This document shows positions 33,398 through 43,560 of a stretch of 64,000 nucleotides of DNA, one piece after another. Source of the stretch: a virus (taxonomy: Duplodnaviria > Heunggongvirae > Uroviricota > Caudoviricetes). Position 1 is the stretch's first letter. Each line of letters starts with the position of its first letter. The stretch covers positions 66,831 through 130,830 of IMG/VR virus record IMGVR_UViG_3300042890_002891; one strand, written 5' to 3'. A program made the position numbers and the translations under genes. The notes beneath the pieces are model-generated. The model saw only the letters and a program-made list of their open reading frames with translations. It was not told the DNA's origin and ran no database searches.

Positions 33398-34106
33398 TAG
33401 GACTCAGTAGTTGGTTATCTTTAATGTATTGTAACACATGTTCCGCCCAAAAGCAATGGGCATCTTGCCCAAAATGCCAACTATCTGCACTTACTGTGCA
33501 AAATCCTCGACGTCTGAGTACCGAGTCATAGGTTTGATCAGCACTGTACGGACTCATGTAAGTGGCTTTCCAGTCCTGTTGCTGTGTGATATTGCCAAAA
33601 TGACTGTTACCGTTGAACATCAAATGCCGTACACCTTGCTGTTCAAGTTCACAATGAAATTGCCAAATGTCTTCGTGTGCCTGTTTACTGCACTTGGCCC
33701 AGTCTATGTCAGTCACAAATTGTCGATATTGATCTTGTAATTGTTCAGGCACTTGATCTATACCGCTGGCGTTGACCTGCCACCAGGTGTGGTCATGCCA
33801 CCATTCTTCGCGTTCCCAGGTGCTCCATTGAATCAGCACAAACAGGTCTGATACGTCTTGTTTGTTTTGTTTGATCCAGTCTCGGGTGGTTCGCATGATG
33901 CGTGAGTTGGATCCACCTGCTTGTGCATCAAGATACAGTATTGCCCGTAACCAATTGGCCAATTCGCAGCCAAAGCTCGCACGTTCGTTGTCAGGATGCG
34001 GCTGTTGCCCTAGACCCCAGTACATGCTGTCATCCTGTGCCCAGGCATGTGGGACTGCTGCTTCAGCGGCAGCAGCATGGCTGTCACCGTTGACGTAGAG
34101 AATCAT
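33378..34106 (-). CDS. SGNH-like hypothetical protein
   Basis: NGDSH, GGSN.RI.R, IQWS..R.E, H..AH. Confidence 0.6.
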   Translation of the reverse strand: MILYVNGDSHAAAAEAAVPHAWAQDDSMYWGLGQQPHPDNERASFGCELANWLRAILYLDAQAGGSNSRIMRTTRDWIKQNKQDVSDLFVLIQWSTWEREEWWHDHTWWQVNASGIDQVPEQLQDQYRQFVTDIDWAKCSKQAHEDIWQFHCELEQQGVRHLMFNGNSHFGNITQQQDWKATYMSPYSADQTYDSVLRRRGFCTVSADSWHFGQDAHCFWAEHVLQYIKDNQLLSPNEIPSY

Positions 34107-34773
34107 TGATTACATTTTTTAATAGATAATCAGCAAACATTTTATGACCATCTTCATAGAGATGATATGTTGGTGTAGTGTTGAGATGGTTGTCCTTTGC
34201 CCATTTACCTATGTTAAATTCGTGTAGATTTACAATGTTTGAATCTTGACTAAGTCTTTGAAACATCTGCAAATTTTTTAAACTATTCCAATTTAAATTT
34301 CTATAATCTGTATTGTTGGCTGCTGAAAAAATATAGTATGGAAGATCCATAGACTTCAAAGTCTGAACAAACATAAACAACTTGGTATAAAAATGTGTTA
34401 CCTGTTTGTTGATATTCTGATCAATAATTGCATGCATAGTCGATTCATCAACCTTATCCATCCAGTTTGATGTAATCAATTGAGATCCAGGATAATCTTT
34501 TATTCTGACTGAATACTTTGCTATGTCCTCAACCCAAATTTCTTCTCTAGTTATAAAACTAAATCCAATAATTATCAACGGGCGTTGATTTTGTTTTAAA
34601 TTTGCACAGTATTCAAGGGCTGTTCGAAATATGCGATCGTTGCAAGATCCTGCCACTGCGTGATTTATTACAGGAATATCTATTATGTTAGCAATAAAAC
34701 TGCTGTACGAAATTTGTCCTATAGGTTCTGCAGAATAACTATCACCATTGATATAGACTTCTGTGATCATCAC
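34084..34773 (-). CDS. SGNH-like hypothetical protein
   Basis: NGDSY, GSCNDRIFR, H...GH. Confidence 0.6.
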   Translation of the reverse strand: MMITEVYINGDSYSAEPIGQISYSSFIANIIDIPVINHAVAGSCNDRIFRTALEYCANLKQNQRPLIIIGFSFITREEIWVEDIAKYSVRIKDYPGSQLITSNWMDKVDESTMHAIIDQNINKQVTHFYTKLFMFVQTLKSMDLPYYIFSAANNTDYRNLNWNSLKNLQMFQRLSQDSNIVNLHEFNIGKWAKDNHLNTTPTYHLYEDGHKMFADYLLKNVINDSLRQR

Positions 34774-35172
34774 TCAACTCACTTCTGAGCGACCGTCACC
34801 AATACTGGTACTGCGTACCCACACGCCTGATTTGTTTATGGCTTCTTCCTGTTCCCAGGTTTCCATCACAACATGTCTACACACATTCTGGAACCAACGA
34901 TCCACAATCTCAGCGTCGGTATCGTCCTTCTTGATCATGTAGCCGGCTTTGACCAGTCGTGCCACAAAGATTTCATTCCAGTCCAGTTCAAACGCACCCT
35001 GATGCAGATTGTCAAGATCCACGTCTAGACTCAAGATGTTCACATATGGCTCATTGCTTTCGGTTGCCAGTTGTTTAGCACTCTTGACCGGTGCCTTGGG
35101 TTTGGGTGGAGCGGGTGCCACCGGTGCCTCAGCTGCCTTTTTTGGCTTGAAAAATTTATCAAACAGTCCCAT
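34774..35172 (-). CDS. conserved hypothetical protein
   Basis: FELDWN..F...L...GY block. Confidence 0.65.
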   Translation of the reverse strand: MGLFDKFFKPKKAAEAPVAPAPPKPKAPVKSAKQLATESNEPYVNILSLDVDLDNLHQGAFELDWNEIFVARLVKAGYMIKKDDTDAEIVDRWFQNVCRHVVMETWEQEEAINKSGVWVRSTSIGDGRSEVS

Positions 35173-35173
35173 A

Positions 35174-35647
35174 TCAATCCTCTTTTATTTCCATCCAAGT
35201 ATGATCGCCCATGTATTTTACCTGTGCCACATACTCGTAATCTTCCGGAGCACCACTGCTCCAATTTGTTGGACCATTGGGTACCAACAACATTTTCTCT
35301 AATCTCTTTTCCCACACCAACCAGTAACTCTTACCCATGACCAATTTGAACTGAAACTCTGCGCCATGCACTGCATCTGTTATTTCCAGTCTGCGTTTGA
35401 TCTGCTGTGCCTGTTCTTCCAGCACACGAACCAGGGTCATTATACGATCATATTCTTGCTGGGCATACATCCTGGCATGATTGATCATTAGATCTTTTTG
35501 TTCAGTAACTGGAACAAGATCAAATTTAGGACCTCCAGCTTCGGTAGCATAAGGAGTAACATTCCTGTTAAGGAATGGAATGATTGCTCCTGTACTAGTA
35601 CTATCGTAGCTTTCGCGTCCTTTTAGTATATTTGGTTTGTCAGTCAC
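35174..35647 (-). CDS. DUF2452-like protein
   Basis: Coiled coil, then A...F....G..Y.L and D.TW motifs. Confidence 0.55.
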   Translation of the reverse strand: MTDKPNILKGRESYDSTSTGAIIPFLNRNVTPYATEAGGPKFDLVPVTEQKDLMINHARMYAQQEYDRIMTLVRVLEEQAQQIKRRLEITDAVHGAEFQFKLVMGKSYWLVWEKRLEKMLLVPNGPTNWSSGAPEDYEYVAQVKYMGDHTWMEIKED

Positions 35648-35651
35648 TCTC

Positions 35652-35849
35652 TCAAGTGCCCCACTTTATTTTTAACCAAATTCTTTCGTGTATGTAATAA
35701 TCAACACTTAACAGAATATGTAATACTGTAGCAAATCCGGTAGCACTACCAAGGTCTCCAGTAAACAAGTATGTCCATAAGATAGTGAATATCCAGGCTG
35801 TCAGCCGATAGGTAATCATCCTAACCACTGTTCGTTTTTTAGTTTCCAA
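35652..35849 (-). CDS. DUF2061-like small membrane protein
   Basis: ET.KRT....TYR...YY.HERIW..I.WG. Confidence 0.7.
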   Translation of the reverse strand: METKKRTVVRMITYRLTAWIFTILWTYLFTGDLGSATGFATVLHILLSVDYYIHERIWLKIKWGT

Positions 35850-36707
35850 TCAAGTGCCCCATTCGTTCTTGAACAAAGGTACCTGCAGCCGATCACTATA
35901 ACGCAAACCATTCTTCATGGCAAAGTTTGCCACAGCACGGTTGTTCAAAGCATACACACTTTCTACACCACCAATGGGCATTAGATAAACATGTCCGGTA
36001 AATCCGGCTGCACGATAGATGTCAACGGTTTCCAGGGCTTCTTCAGCATCTTGCTCTGTGGCAATTACCAGTTTGAGATATGTGTTGCCAACGTCTTGGT
36101 ACTCGCACACAATCTCTGGCTGAATAGCTTCATGTCTTGATTCACCAGAGCAACTGAGTTTGGCACTGACACTAAATGTAATTTCTCTACAAAAATCTTT
36201 ATCATGATGATGTGCCCAAGTATGTAGATACGCAGCAAATTCTGGAGTTAGCTTTTGAGTGCCATTGGTCTCAAATGTGATCTCTTTGAGTTTATTCATG
36301 CTAGCATGTGACAGCAAGTCAGGATAAGCACGTTGCCACCCCAACAAGGGCTCACCGCCTGTGATAACCAGATGCTCATCTTCCCAACGCTTTTGCGGAA
36401 GTATTTCCATAATGCGATTTACAATAGCATTGCTTTCAAGCATTGGACTTAGATCTTTGAATCGCGGATCCCAGCTGGCGTAGCTGTCACAGCCTGTGCT
36501 GACAAGTGGAAGCTCAGTGTAATCTTTGAATTCTGTGATACGTGCAGCAATTGCTTCAACCTCTTGACTTGCTTTGCCTGTCGGCATTCCAAAGCCGGAA
36601 CACTTAAAGTTGCATCCAAATGTTCTCAAGAACACACTGGGCACCCCCATGTAGCGTCCTTCACCTTGTATGCTGTAAAACAGCTCTGCTATTTTTAATT
36701 TGCTCAT
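35850..36707 (-). CDS. queE: 7-carboxy-7-deazaguanine synthase (radical SAM)
   Basis: ELFYSIQGEG..G.P.VFLR..GCN..C...CD, ITGGEP, ETNGT. Confidence 0.9.
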   Translation of the reverse strand: MSKLKIAELFYSIQGEGRYMGVPSVFLRTFGCNFKCSGFGMPTGKASQEVEAIAARITEFKDYTELPLVSTGCDSYASWDPRFKDLSPMLESNAIVNRIMEILPQKRWEDEHLVITGGEPLLGWQRAYPDLLSHASMNKLKEITFETNGTQKLTPEFAAYLHTWAHHHDKDFCREITFSVSAKLSCSGESRHEAIQPEIVCEYQDVGNTYLKLVIATEQDAEEALETVDIYRAAGFTGHVYLMPIGGVESVYALNNRAVANFAMKNGLRYSDRLQVPLFKNEWGT

Positions 36708-37483
36708 ATTTTCCGTGCTTTAATCAACAAATGCCATCCCAGGTATTCTTTGACTGCTGCTCGCATGTCTTCGGGCATGGCAGCAAACCAGGGTTCTAGT
36801 TCGTACTCGCCTTGGCGGTAATTGGGTACATTATACATGAAACAATGATCTTGTCTAATCCTTAGGACCTCAAATTGTCCTTGTAGTAGATCGTAAATTT
36901 CTTCTCGGCTGTAGGCCTTGGCATACGGACAATCGGATTGTGCTTCAAATTGGTCCAGACCCTTCTGGATCATGGCATACTTCCAGGAATTCTTTGCATA
37001 CACCAGCATACGGAATTCACCCATGGGCCTCAATGCATTATGAATGTTGTCTAGACACGCAGTCATGTCTGGATAGTGATGCAATACACCACATGAGTAC
37101 ACCAGATCAAACTGTCCTAGACTGGACACTGCTGCACCATCGGCAGCATCCATCACATGGAACTCTCCAGCTAGCCCGAACAGGTCGAATCGTTGGCGGC
37201 TCATGGCCACAGATTCTGCAGAAAGATCAATGCCCACATAGTCAGCACCGTGCCGTGCAAATTCCACAGCGTCAGATCCAATACCAGATCCTATTTCCAA
37301 CACACGTTTGCCACGCCATGAGTGAAAACCCGCAAAGTCACGCAGATGTGGTTCTACAAAAAATCTACGCTCAGTAACTTCATTCCAGTACTGTTCTGTG
37401 CCAGGCACACCCAAACTGTGCTTGATGTTGCAGGGCTGTGCATTCCAGTACTGTTTGATTTTGTCTATTAGTTCAGTGGTCAA
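36704..37483 (-). CDS. class I SAM-dependent methyltransferase
   Basis: VLEIGSGIG, GIDLS, FDLVYSCGVLHH. Confidence 0.85.
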   Translation of the reverse strand: MTTELIDKIKQYWNAQPCNIKHSLGVPGTEQYWNEVTERRFFVEPHLRDFAGFHSWRGKRVLEIGSGIGSDAVEFARHGADYVGIDLSAESVAMSRQRFDLFGLAGEFHVMDAADGAAVSSLGQFDLVYSCGVLHHYPDMTACLDNIHNALRPMGEFRMLVYAKNSWKYAMIQKGLDQFEAQSDCPYAKAYSREEIYDLLQGQFEVLRIRQDHCFMYNVPNYRQGEYELEPWFAAMPEDMRAAVKEYLGWHLLIKARKI

Positions 37484-38315
37484 GTTCGTGTATCTTCCAT
37501 TGTTTCATTAGGCCTTTTTTGTCCAGGGCTGCCATTTTTTCCCAGATATCTATTTTGTTCTCTAGGCCTAACTTAAAGTGGGTTAGATCGTAGCCGAGTG
37601 GTGCTAGATAGTTGCCAATCATCATGGCTTCTTGCATACGACGTTTACGCCAGGTAACATGATTGAAGTCTCTGGGGTTGTTGGGATTGCCCTCCAGCAT
37701 GGGACGATTCTTAAAAACGTCATCACCATTCTTGCCAGTTAGATCATAGCGTTGATGCTCAATCATTACAGGTATAGTGACCACAATATCCAACATCCAT
37801 CCAATCTGACTGGTCCATGCATCATTGATTTGATGCGGAGAAAGGTGTCCAGTAATTTCTACCCACTTGCGCGGCAGGATGGGAAATATAGCATATGGAT
37901 GCTCATGATTGGTTTCTGCTCTGAGCAATGCAAACTGATCATTGTGAGAGCGTATGACGTCATCCCAACCAGTTGTGGTCATTACAGCATCATCGTTCCA
38001 GAAGAACATCCAGGCACCTTGACTATTTTCAGCCAGCTTGTTGAGATATTCGTTGAGTCTGATATAGCCCAGGCGTTTGAATTGCATGGCAGTATATGTG
38101 ACTTTTTTGCTGTCCAGATACGGAGCAATCACATCAACAAAATATTCAATGGTGTCTGTGTCGTCATTGTCAAACGCAATCAATACTTCAATTCGTTCTG
38201 GTGCCGATGCTGTGTCAATTAGAGTGCGTAGACAATCCTCCATGGGGCCCGGCCGTTCGCGGACCGGCAACAGTACACTGATATCTATGTTGGGGTTTTG
38301 TTCAAGTAAACTCAT
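37473..38315 (-). CDS. GT-A (family 2-like) glycosyltransferase
   Basis: ISVLLP.R.R, D.DD, WNDD; paralogue of 40234-41091. Confidence 0.75.
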   Translation of the reverse strand: MSLLEQNPNIDISVLLPVRERPGPMEDCLRTLIDTASAPERIEVLIAFDNDDTDTIEYFVDVIAPYLDSKKVTYTAMQFKRLGYIRLNEYLNKLAENSQGAWMFFWNDDAVMTTTGWDDVIRSHNDQFALLRAETNHEHPYAIFPILPRKWVEITGHLSPHQINDAWTSQIGWMLDIVVTIPVMIEHQRYDLTGKNGDDVFKNRPMLEGNPNNPRDFNHVTWRKRRMQEAMMIGNYLAPLGYDLTHFKLGLENKIDIWEKMAALDKKGLMKQWKIHELDH

Positions 38316-40237
38316 GTTGTTACATATGTGATAGTGGTTTTTCCAAAGTTGCGTTTTCGACCAAAGTACATGTTCTCTAAAAATCGATCCTCGCTCATGG
38401 CAGGTGATTCTGTGGTGGCAAATTGATAAACAGTGGCATTTGTTAGTTCGGTATTGTCCAAAATATATCCCAGGAAGTCATAGTCAAATGCCTGTGTGAT
38501 TGGCAGAGATTTTAGATCTCTGTAGTCAATCACATAGTTTCTTTGAAACTGCAACAGTTGACGTTTCACTTGTGAGTCTATATTATAGTGGTTGTCCAGG
38601 AATTTGTCAAGCGATTCAAACACATAGTTGATCATTTTGTCTTTGACCATGTACAAGGTAGTGCGGTGCATGAGGTTCCAGCCAAACACTTCGATGTTGC
38701 CAATTCTGGGATGATCAATACGACCCTTGGTCATCCAGTTCTCAAAGTAACTGCGTGTCTCAATAAATTGCAACTGGAACCAAGGATCTTTTTGTACCCA
38801 TGCATACAGGTCTTCGTAGAATTTACTGTAATCAATATTTTGATGCTTGGCCAGATATCTAGCAATGTAGGTCGAAAGTCCATTGATGTGAAAAGTTTGT
38901 ATAAAACTTGACCATACTAGAGTATCCAACATGGTTTCTCGCGGTATGGTCTTGGTGCTTACTACCACATCAATGCTTTCATTAAGATCAACATCACCGT
39001 AGCTGCCACTCATGTAATCATACACCGGCACCGATTCCAACTTGTATAATTTCTTCTGCAACAGGTTCATCTCAGCATTTTCCAACAGCTGACATTGCAG
39101 GATGTTGATACCACCGTGATTGCCTGCTCGGAAGATCTTCCAGAAAGCTTCTTTCCAGGATTCCACAGTCTCGCCAGGCAAGCCCAGAATCAGTTCTGTG
39201 TACACAGGAATATTGTTTTTGTCACACAAGGCAAAGATCTCGTCAATCTTGTGTTGATCAAGATTTCTACGTTTGATATTCTCTAGTACGTCATTGTCCA
39301 TGCTCTGTACACTGACTGTGAGACCTTGGCCGAAGTTAGGCGATTCATCAATTAGTTTTTTCACAATGTCCACAACTTCGTTCTTTTGATTCTTGGCCCA
39401 GGTCATGGAGAAACTTTCCAGTTTGCCCCAACGCTTCTGAACTTCAATCAGTTTGTCCACAATCATGTTGTCACGTTCTACAAACATGCCAAAGTTGGCA
39501 TCAGTGATTGTGACAAATCCGCAGTGTTCGCCAATCCAGTCCAGTTCGTCATACACACGTTCGAGTTCAAACTTCTTGACCTTGTTGTAGGTAAGACTGC
39601 CCCAGTCGCAGAATGTGCATTGATACGGGCAGCCGCGATTTGTTTCCAGAGTGGCATTCCAGATAACATCAGGATTGTCGGCCATCATGCGATCAAATAT
39701 GCCGGTTAGATATGGACTAGGAACTTCGTCTAGATCGTTGATACGTTTTGGATCTCCAGTGTCGACCAAGCCAGCAGGAGAGTTGATCAAGAGCCCAGGA
39801 ATATGTGTGTAATCAGAGCCGTGATCTTCTAGAATGTGACGAAAGGTCATCTCGCCTTCCATCTTGATCACCAGATCCATGAACGGCTCTTTTGCAAACA
39901 AGTCAGGATCTTCAATAGCAGGCTCGGGTCCGCCGAACACAATCAAACACGTGGGATTAAGGGCTTTGACTCTTTGTGCCAACCGATAGTTGTATCTGTG
40001 ATTCCATACATAGGTTGAAAAAGCAACCACATCACTGGTGCTGAGTTTTGCTGCCAGAGCCTCAATTGGCTCTCTGCGCCATACCAAGTGATCTAACTCC
40101 CAGGCTGCACTGACTTTTTCGCTGCCCAGTGCATAACTCAGGATTACACCAGCTGAATAAGGCAAGTAGTAGGCATTGAACTCCTTGGGGCCTTGCTGGA
40201 AGTTGGGTTGAACAAAGCTGATTTTCTTTTTTGTCAT
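38312..40237 (-). CDS. B12-binding radical SAM protein
   Basis: FSTYVWN, GGP, ETNRGCPYQCTFC, GLPGET. Confidence 0.88.
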   Translation of the reverse strand: MTKKKISFVQPNFQQGPKEFNAYYLPYSAGVILSYALGSEKVSAAWELDHLVWRREPIEALAAKLSTSDVVAFSTYVWNHRYNYRLAQRVKALNPTCLIVFGGPEPAIEDPDLFAKEPFMDLVIKMEGEMTFRHILEDHGSDYTHIPGLLINSPAGLVDTGDPKRINDLDEVPSPYLTGIFDRMMADNPDVIWNATLETNRGCPYQCTFCDWGSLTYNKVKKFELERVYDELDWIGEHCGFVTITDANFGMFVERDNMIVDKLIEVQKRWGKLESFSMTWAKNQKNEVVDIVKKLIDESPNFGQGLTVSVQSMDNDVLENIKRRNLDQHKIDEIFALCDKNNIPVYTELILGLPGETVESWKEAFWKIFRAGNHGGINILQCQLLENAEMNLLQKKLYKLESVPVYDYMSGSYGDVDLNESIDVVVSTKTIPRETMLDTLVWSSFIQTFHINGLSTYIARYLAKHQNIDYSKFYEDLYAWVQKDPWFQLQFIETRSYFENWMTKGRIDHPRIGNIEVFGWNLMHRTTLYMVKDKMINYVFESLDKFLDNHYNIDSQVKRQLLQFQRNYVIDYRDLKSLPITQAFDYDFLGYILDNTELTNATVYQFATTESPAMSEDRFLENMYFGRKRNFGKTTITYVTT

Positions 40238-41091
40238 GTGGTATTTACTCTTCGTGCTGTGGCATCAACTTGATTGTTGATGTCGTTGGCTCGCATTTTG
40301 ACCCAGGGATCCTGCCGGCCTTCCCAGGCATCAACAAAAAATGTCAGGTCCAGACCGTGATCTTGCATCCAGGTGGCCAGAGCAGCAGTGTCATGCCCAC
40401 GCAATTTGATCATGTCAGGATGATTTAGATCCCCAGCCTGGCCAGGATCACCTTCCATCACACGACGTTGTTGATAGGTTGCATCATTGTTGATTCCAGT
40501 TATATCGTAACGATTGTGATCACAATACACTTCAATGCGTTCAAATATGTCTAGATAATAAGCAATCTGACTCACATACGCATCATTGCTGCTGTGTTGA
40601 CTGATGTGTCCTAGAATTTCAAACCACTTTCTTGGCAGGATAGGAAAAATGCTGTAAGGATGTTCATTGTGAGTGTGTACACTCAACAGTCGAAACTCAC
40701 CAGTACGCTCGCGTATGCGTGAGTCCCATCCAGTGGAGATCATTACAGCATCGTCGTTCCAGAAAAACAACCAGGCACCTTGACTATTTTCCGCCAGGCC
40801 ATTTACATATCGATGTAGATTGTTGTAGCCGTAGGGTTCAAAAACAACTATCTTGTGATTGATTTTGTGAGCTTCAATCCAGGGAAGTACATTGTGCAGC
40901 ATGTTCTCCATGCCCACGACATCGTCGTTGTCAACACCAAACAAGATTTCGATAGTGTCAAAATCTTCCGCAAGACTGCGTAGGCTTTCAATGCTGCTCA
41001 TGAGAGCATCCGACCGCCCTCTAGTGGGCAGCAGGATACTGATATCAACTGGTTGAGTCAATGCAATCTCAGTTGCCGGAGTTTGCAGCAT
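40234..41091 (-). CDS. GT-A (family 2-like) glycosyltransferase
   Basis: ISILLPTRGR, DNDD, WNDD. Confidence 0.75.
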   Translation of the reverse strand: MLQTPATEIALTQPVDISILLPTRGRSDALMSSIESLRSLAEDFDTIEILFGVDNDDVVGMENMLHNVLPWIEAHKINHKIVVFEPYGYNNLHRYVNGLAENSQGAWLFFWNDDAVMISTGWDSRIRERTGEFRLLSVHTHNEHPYSIFPILPRKWFEILGHISQHSSNDAYVSQIAYYLDIFERIEVYCDHNRYDITGINNDATYQQRRVMEGDPGQAGDLNHPDMIKLRGHDTAALATWMQDHGLDLTFFVDAWEGRQDPWVKMRANDINNQVDATARRVNTT

Positions 41092-41701
41092 CCAAGTGCA
41101 GTACTCGTTTTTGCAAGAAACTCAACAACACGCCGTATGCTGGCAAGATAACTGCAAGACTCACTGCGATCTTGGTAATAATATGATTGGTAGCAACAAT
41201 GTGCCAGTTAGCAGCCATGAACTCATTGGCACCACCAGCAAACGCCACACCAAAGAATGTGTAAGTATCAATGATGGTTGACACAATCGAACTCAACAAC
41301 GGAGCAATGTACCACTGGGTATAGCGTTCACGAAAATACTGAAACACATACACATCCAACATTGTGGCAATAAAGTATGCACAACCTGATCCCAGACCAA
41401 TACGGACTGCAACTGAATCAGGTGCGCCTCCTAGAGATACCACAGCCATGCTAACCAGGATAGCAGGAATAAATGCCAGGGCAATTACTGCTCGACCCAT
41501 CTCTTTGCCCAGCATGCGAACAGTCAAATCCGTTGCCACTACCACTAAGGGGAATGTAAACGCTGCCCAGGCCAGAGGATGACCAAAAACGTTGAATGTG
41601 AACTGAACGATATAATTGCTAAAAGCAATAATAAAAATATGGAAGGCCATAATTTTATACGCCAGCTTGCGATCTAAATTTCCAAATAATTTGTCTAACA
41701 T
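41069..41701 (-). CDS. yhhQ: queuosine precursor (preQ0/preQ1) transporter, VUT family
   Basis: SNY.VQ, W.AFTFP....TDLTVR..G, LD..VF..R, DT..FF.VAF. Confidence 0.88.
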   Translation of the reverse strand: MLDKLFGNLDRKLAYKIMAFHIFIIAFSNYIVQFTFNVFGHPLAWAAFTFPLVVVATDLTVRMLGKEMGRAVIALAFIPAILVSMAVVSLGGAPDSVAVRIGLGSGCAYFIATMLDVYVFQYFRERYTQWYIAPLLSSIVSTIIDTYTFFGVAFAGGANEFMAANWHIVATNHIITKIAVSLAVILPAYGVLLSFLQKRVLHLDAANSGN

Positions 41702-41711
41702 AGTGTTTCCT

Positions 41712-42194
41712 TTAAAATAAGTCTTCATTGTCTTCACGACGGCCTTGACGCCCCGCCATGTTTGAATCGGTTTCACGTACCTCTACTTTGGTACACCAAA
41801 CACGAGCCGCCTCTTCAGTGCCACAGTTGGGCAAGAAAATACCATTTACATACTTGTACAAAAAGTCAGCAATGCCTTCGCAGCCAGTGCGTTCAACTTC
41901 AGTAATCTTGGCCAATTTGAGTCTGCCCAGTTCCAACAAGTGTTCACGCATGGGATCATCTTGTGCCACCAGCAAGGTGTGGTCAAACCATTCTTCGAGA
42001 CTGGCCTTGAGAGGCTTTAGACCGCCAAAGTCTGTGACCCAATTACGGGCATCTAATGTGTCTGCTTCGAATTCAAAGTGAAAGCTCATGGCATAACCAT
42101 GAATCAAATTGCAGTGGCTATCTGCACGCCACTGACGATAAGCAACAGGTCCAATTTGCTTGTATGTTTTTGTACTAAAGAATTTTTGTGCCAT
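41712..42194 (-). CDS. queD: 6-carboxy-tetrahydropterin synthase (QueD/PTPS)
   Basis: SHC..IHGY, DFGGLK, FDHT, E, VEVRET..N. Confidence 0.88.
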   Translation of the reverse strand: MAQKFFSTKTYKQIGPVAYRQWRADSHCNLIHGYAMSFHFEFEADTLDARNWVTDFGGLKPLKASLEEWFDHTLLVAQDDPMREHLLELGRLKLAKITEVERTGCEGIADFLYKYVNGIFLPNCGTEEAARVWCTKVEVRETDSNMAGRQGRREDNEDLF

Positions 42195-42278
42195 GATTTC
42201 TCCTATGTGTATTATAGCATAGGCAGCAGAGTTTGTATAGCGGGAATGATGCCAGAAAGGCCGCTGTTAGATCAGTAC

Positions 42279-42683
42279 TTATGCTGGCAATTGATAGCCG
42301 CCAGAATGATAGTTGGCTTGGCCATGGATCACTGCCCGCACTCCGCCCACAGGATCAGCACAGTCGCCGGTGCGTCTAGGAATCAAATGCACATGTGGAT
42401 ACATTACTGTTTGTCCAGCAGCAGCACCAGAGTTCATGCCCACGTTGAATGCATCGCATTCTCCGGCTGCAACCATTCGGTTGCCTTCGGCCAGTGCAGA
42501 TTCAAAACAGTCTCGGATCACTGCTGGTGTATTGATTCTAGGCACAAACAACAAGTGACCGTGGGTGACTGGAAAGAGATCACGAAACACCGCCACGCGA
42601 ACGCTACTCAGTTCCGCTGCCACTTGACTCCAGGGTGCAGAACCCATTCGGGCAGCATGCCCTAGTGTGTCATACTGAGTCAT
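42279..42683 (-). CDS. HIT family hydrolase
   Basis: D.FPVT.GHLL.VP, AGQTV..PHVHLIPR; first His of the triad is replaced. Confidence 0.85.
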   Translation of the reverse strand: MTQYDTLGHAARMGSAPWSQVAAELSSVRVAVFRDLFPVTHGHLLFVPRINTPAVIRDCFESALAEGNRMVAAGECDAFNVGMNSGAAAGQTVMYPHVHLIPRRTGDCADPVGGVRAVIHGQANYHSGGYQLPA

Positions 42684-42799
42684 GCCACCTCCACCACGTG
42701 ATATCGACTGTAGGGATAGTTGGCCTGCAACCACTCAATCATGCCCGGTTCCCAGGGCAAAAACACAGTGCGAGCTTGGTTGGAAATGTACTGTTTCAT
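42680..42799 (-). CDS. hypothetical protein, 39 aa (MKQYISNQARTVFLPWEPG...)
   Basis: Manual translation; ATGA-coupled at both ends. Confidence 0.6.
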   Translation of the reverse strand: MKQYISNQARTVFLPWEPGMIEWLQANYPYSRYHVVEVA

Positions 42800-43494
42800 C
42801 GTGGTGCAAATTCCTGTTGCAGTTTGATGTTGTCAAAGAACTCTTTCTTGGTGCTTTGGTCAGTGTTGAATGCACCTTTGAGTACTGTGGTCTGTGTAAG
42901 ACTGCTATGTGCCATGATGCCGCGATTCTCACAGCAGCCATGAATGGCCTGTATGTACACAGCTACATCGTCGGTGTCAGTAGCCTTCATTATTTCTCTG
43001 GCGATGTCGTTGCAAAGTTCTTCCTGGAGAGTCCCGCGACGAGCACACCACTGAGCAATACGAGTGTACTTGCTAAGACCAATAAGTTTTTGTGCGGCGA
43101 TGATGCCAATGTAAGCGACCCCACTAACGGGCTGATGATGATGACTGCACATAGAGCGCAACTCGCTACGTACCACCAACATACCTTCGTAACGGTCTGC
43201 TGAATCATTTGGAAATGCTGTTGCGTCGGGAGCTTGTTCATATCTTCCTGCCATAATTTCGTTGTAGTACATCTTGGCCAAGCGTCTTGCTGTGCCTTGG
43301 CTATTGGGATCGTTTTCTCGATCAATTAGTAGACTGTCTAGCACACCTTCGAATGCCACAGTGGCTTCGTTGACCAAGATTTCTTTGTCGTCTTCTTCAA
43401 GATAATCTGCAATATTATCGCCGGCCCAGAATCTTTTGCCGTCGTTGTTCATTCGATCGCGAATCACTTGCGATAAATTTTTACTTGTGTCCAT
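42796..43494 (-). CDS. folE: GTP cyclohydrolase I
   Basis: SMCSHH, GLSKY.RI, LQE, HGC...RG. Confidence 0.95.
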   Translation of the reverse strand: MDTSKNLSQVIRDRMNNDGKRFWAGDNIADYLEEDDKEILVNEATVAFEGVLDSLLIDRENDPNSQGTARRLAKMYYNEIMAGRYEQAPDATAFPNDSADRYEGMLVVRSELRSMCSHHHQPVSGVAYIGIIAAQKLIGLSKYTRIAQWCARRGTLQEELCNDIAREIMKATDTDDVAVYIQAIHGCCENRGIMAHSSLTQTTVLKGAFNTDQSTKKEFFDNIKLQQEFAPR

Positions 43495-43560
43495 TTTTTA
43501 TTCTCCGATGATAGCGCAGTGGATTGCGTTTGTTAAGTATACACTATTTAGGTCGTAGTG

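Noticed and set aside
43495-43545. Short hairpin (GCAATCCACTGC region) upstream of folE as a pterin-sensing riboswitch
   Set aside because: Too short and weak to support without homologue alignment.
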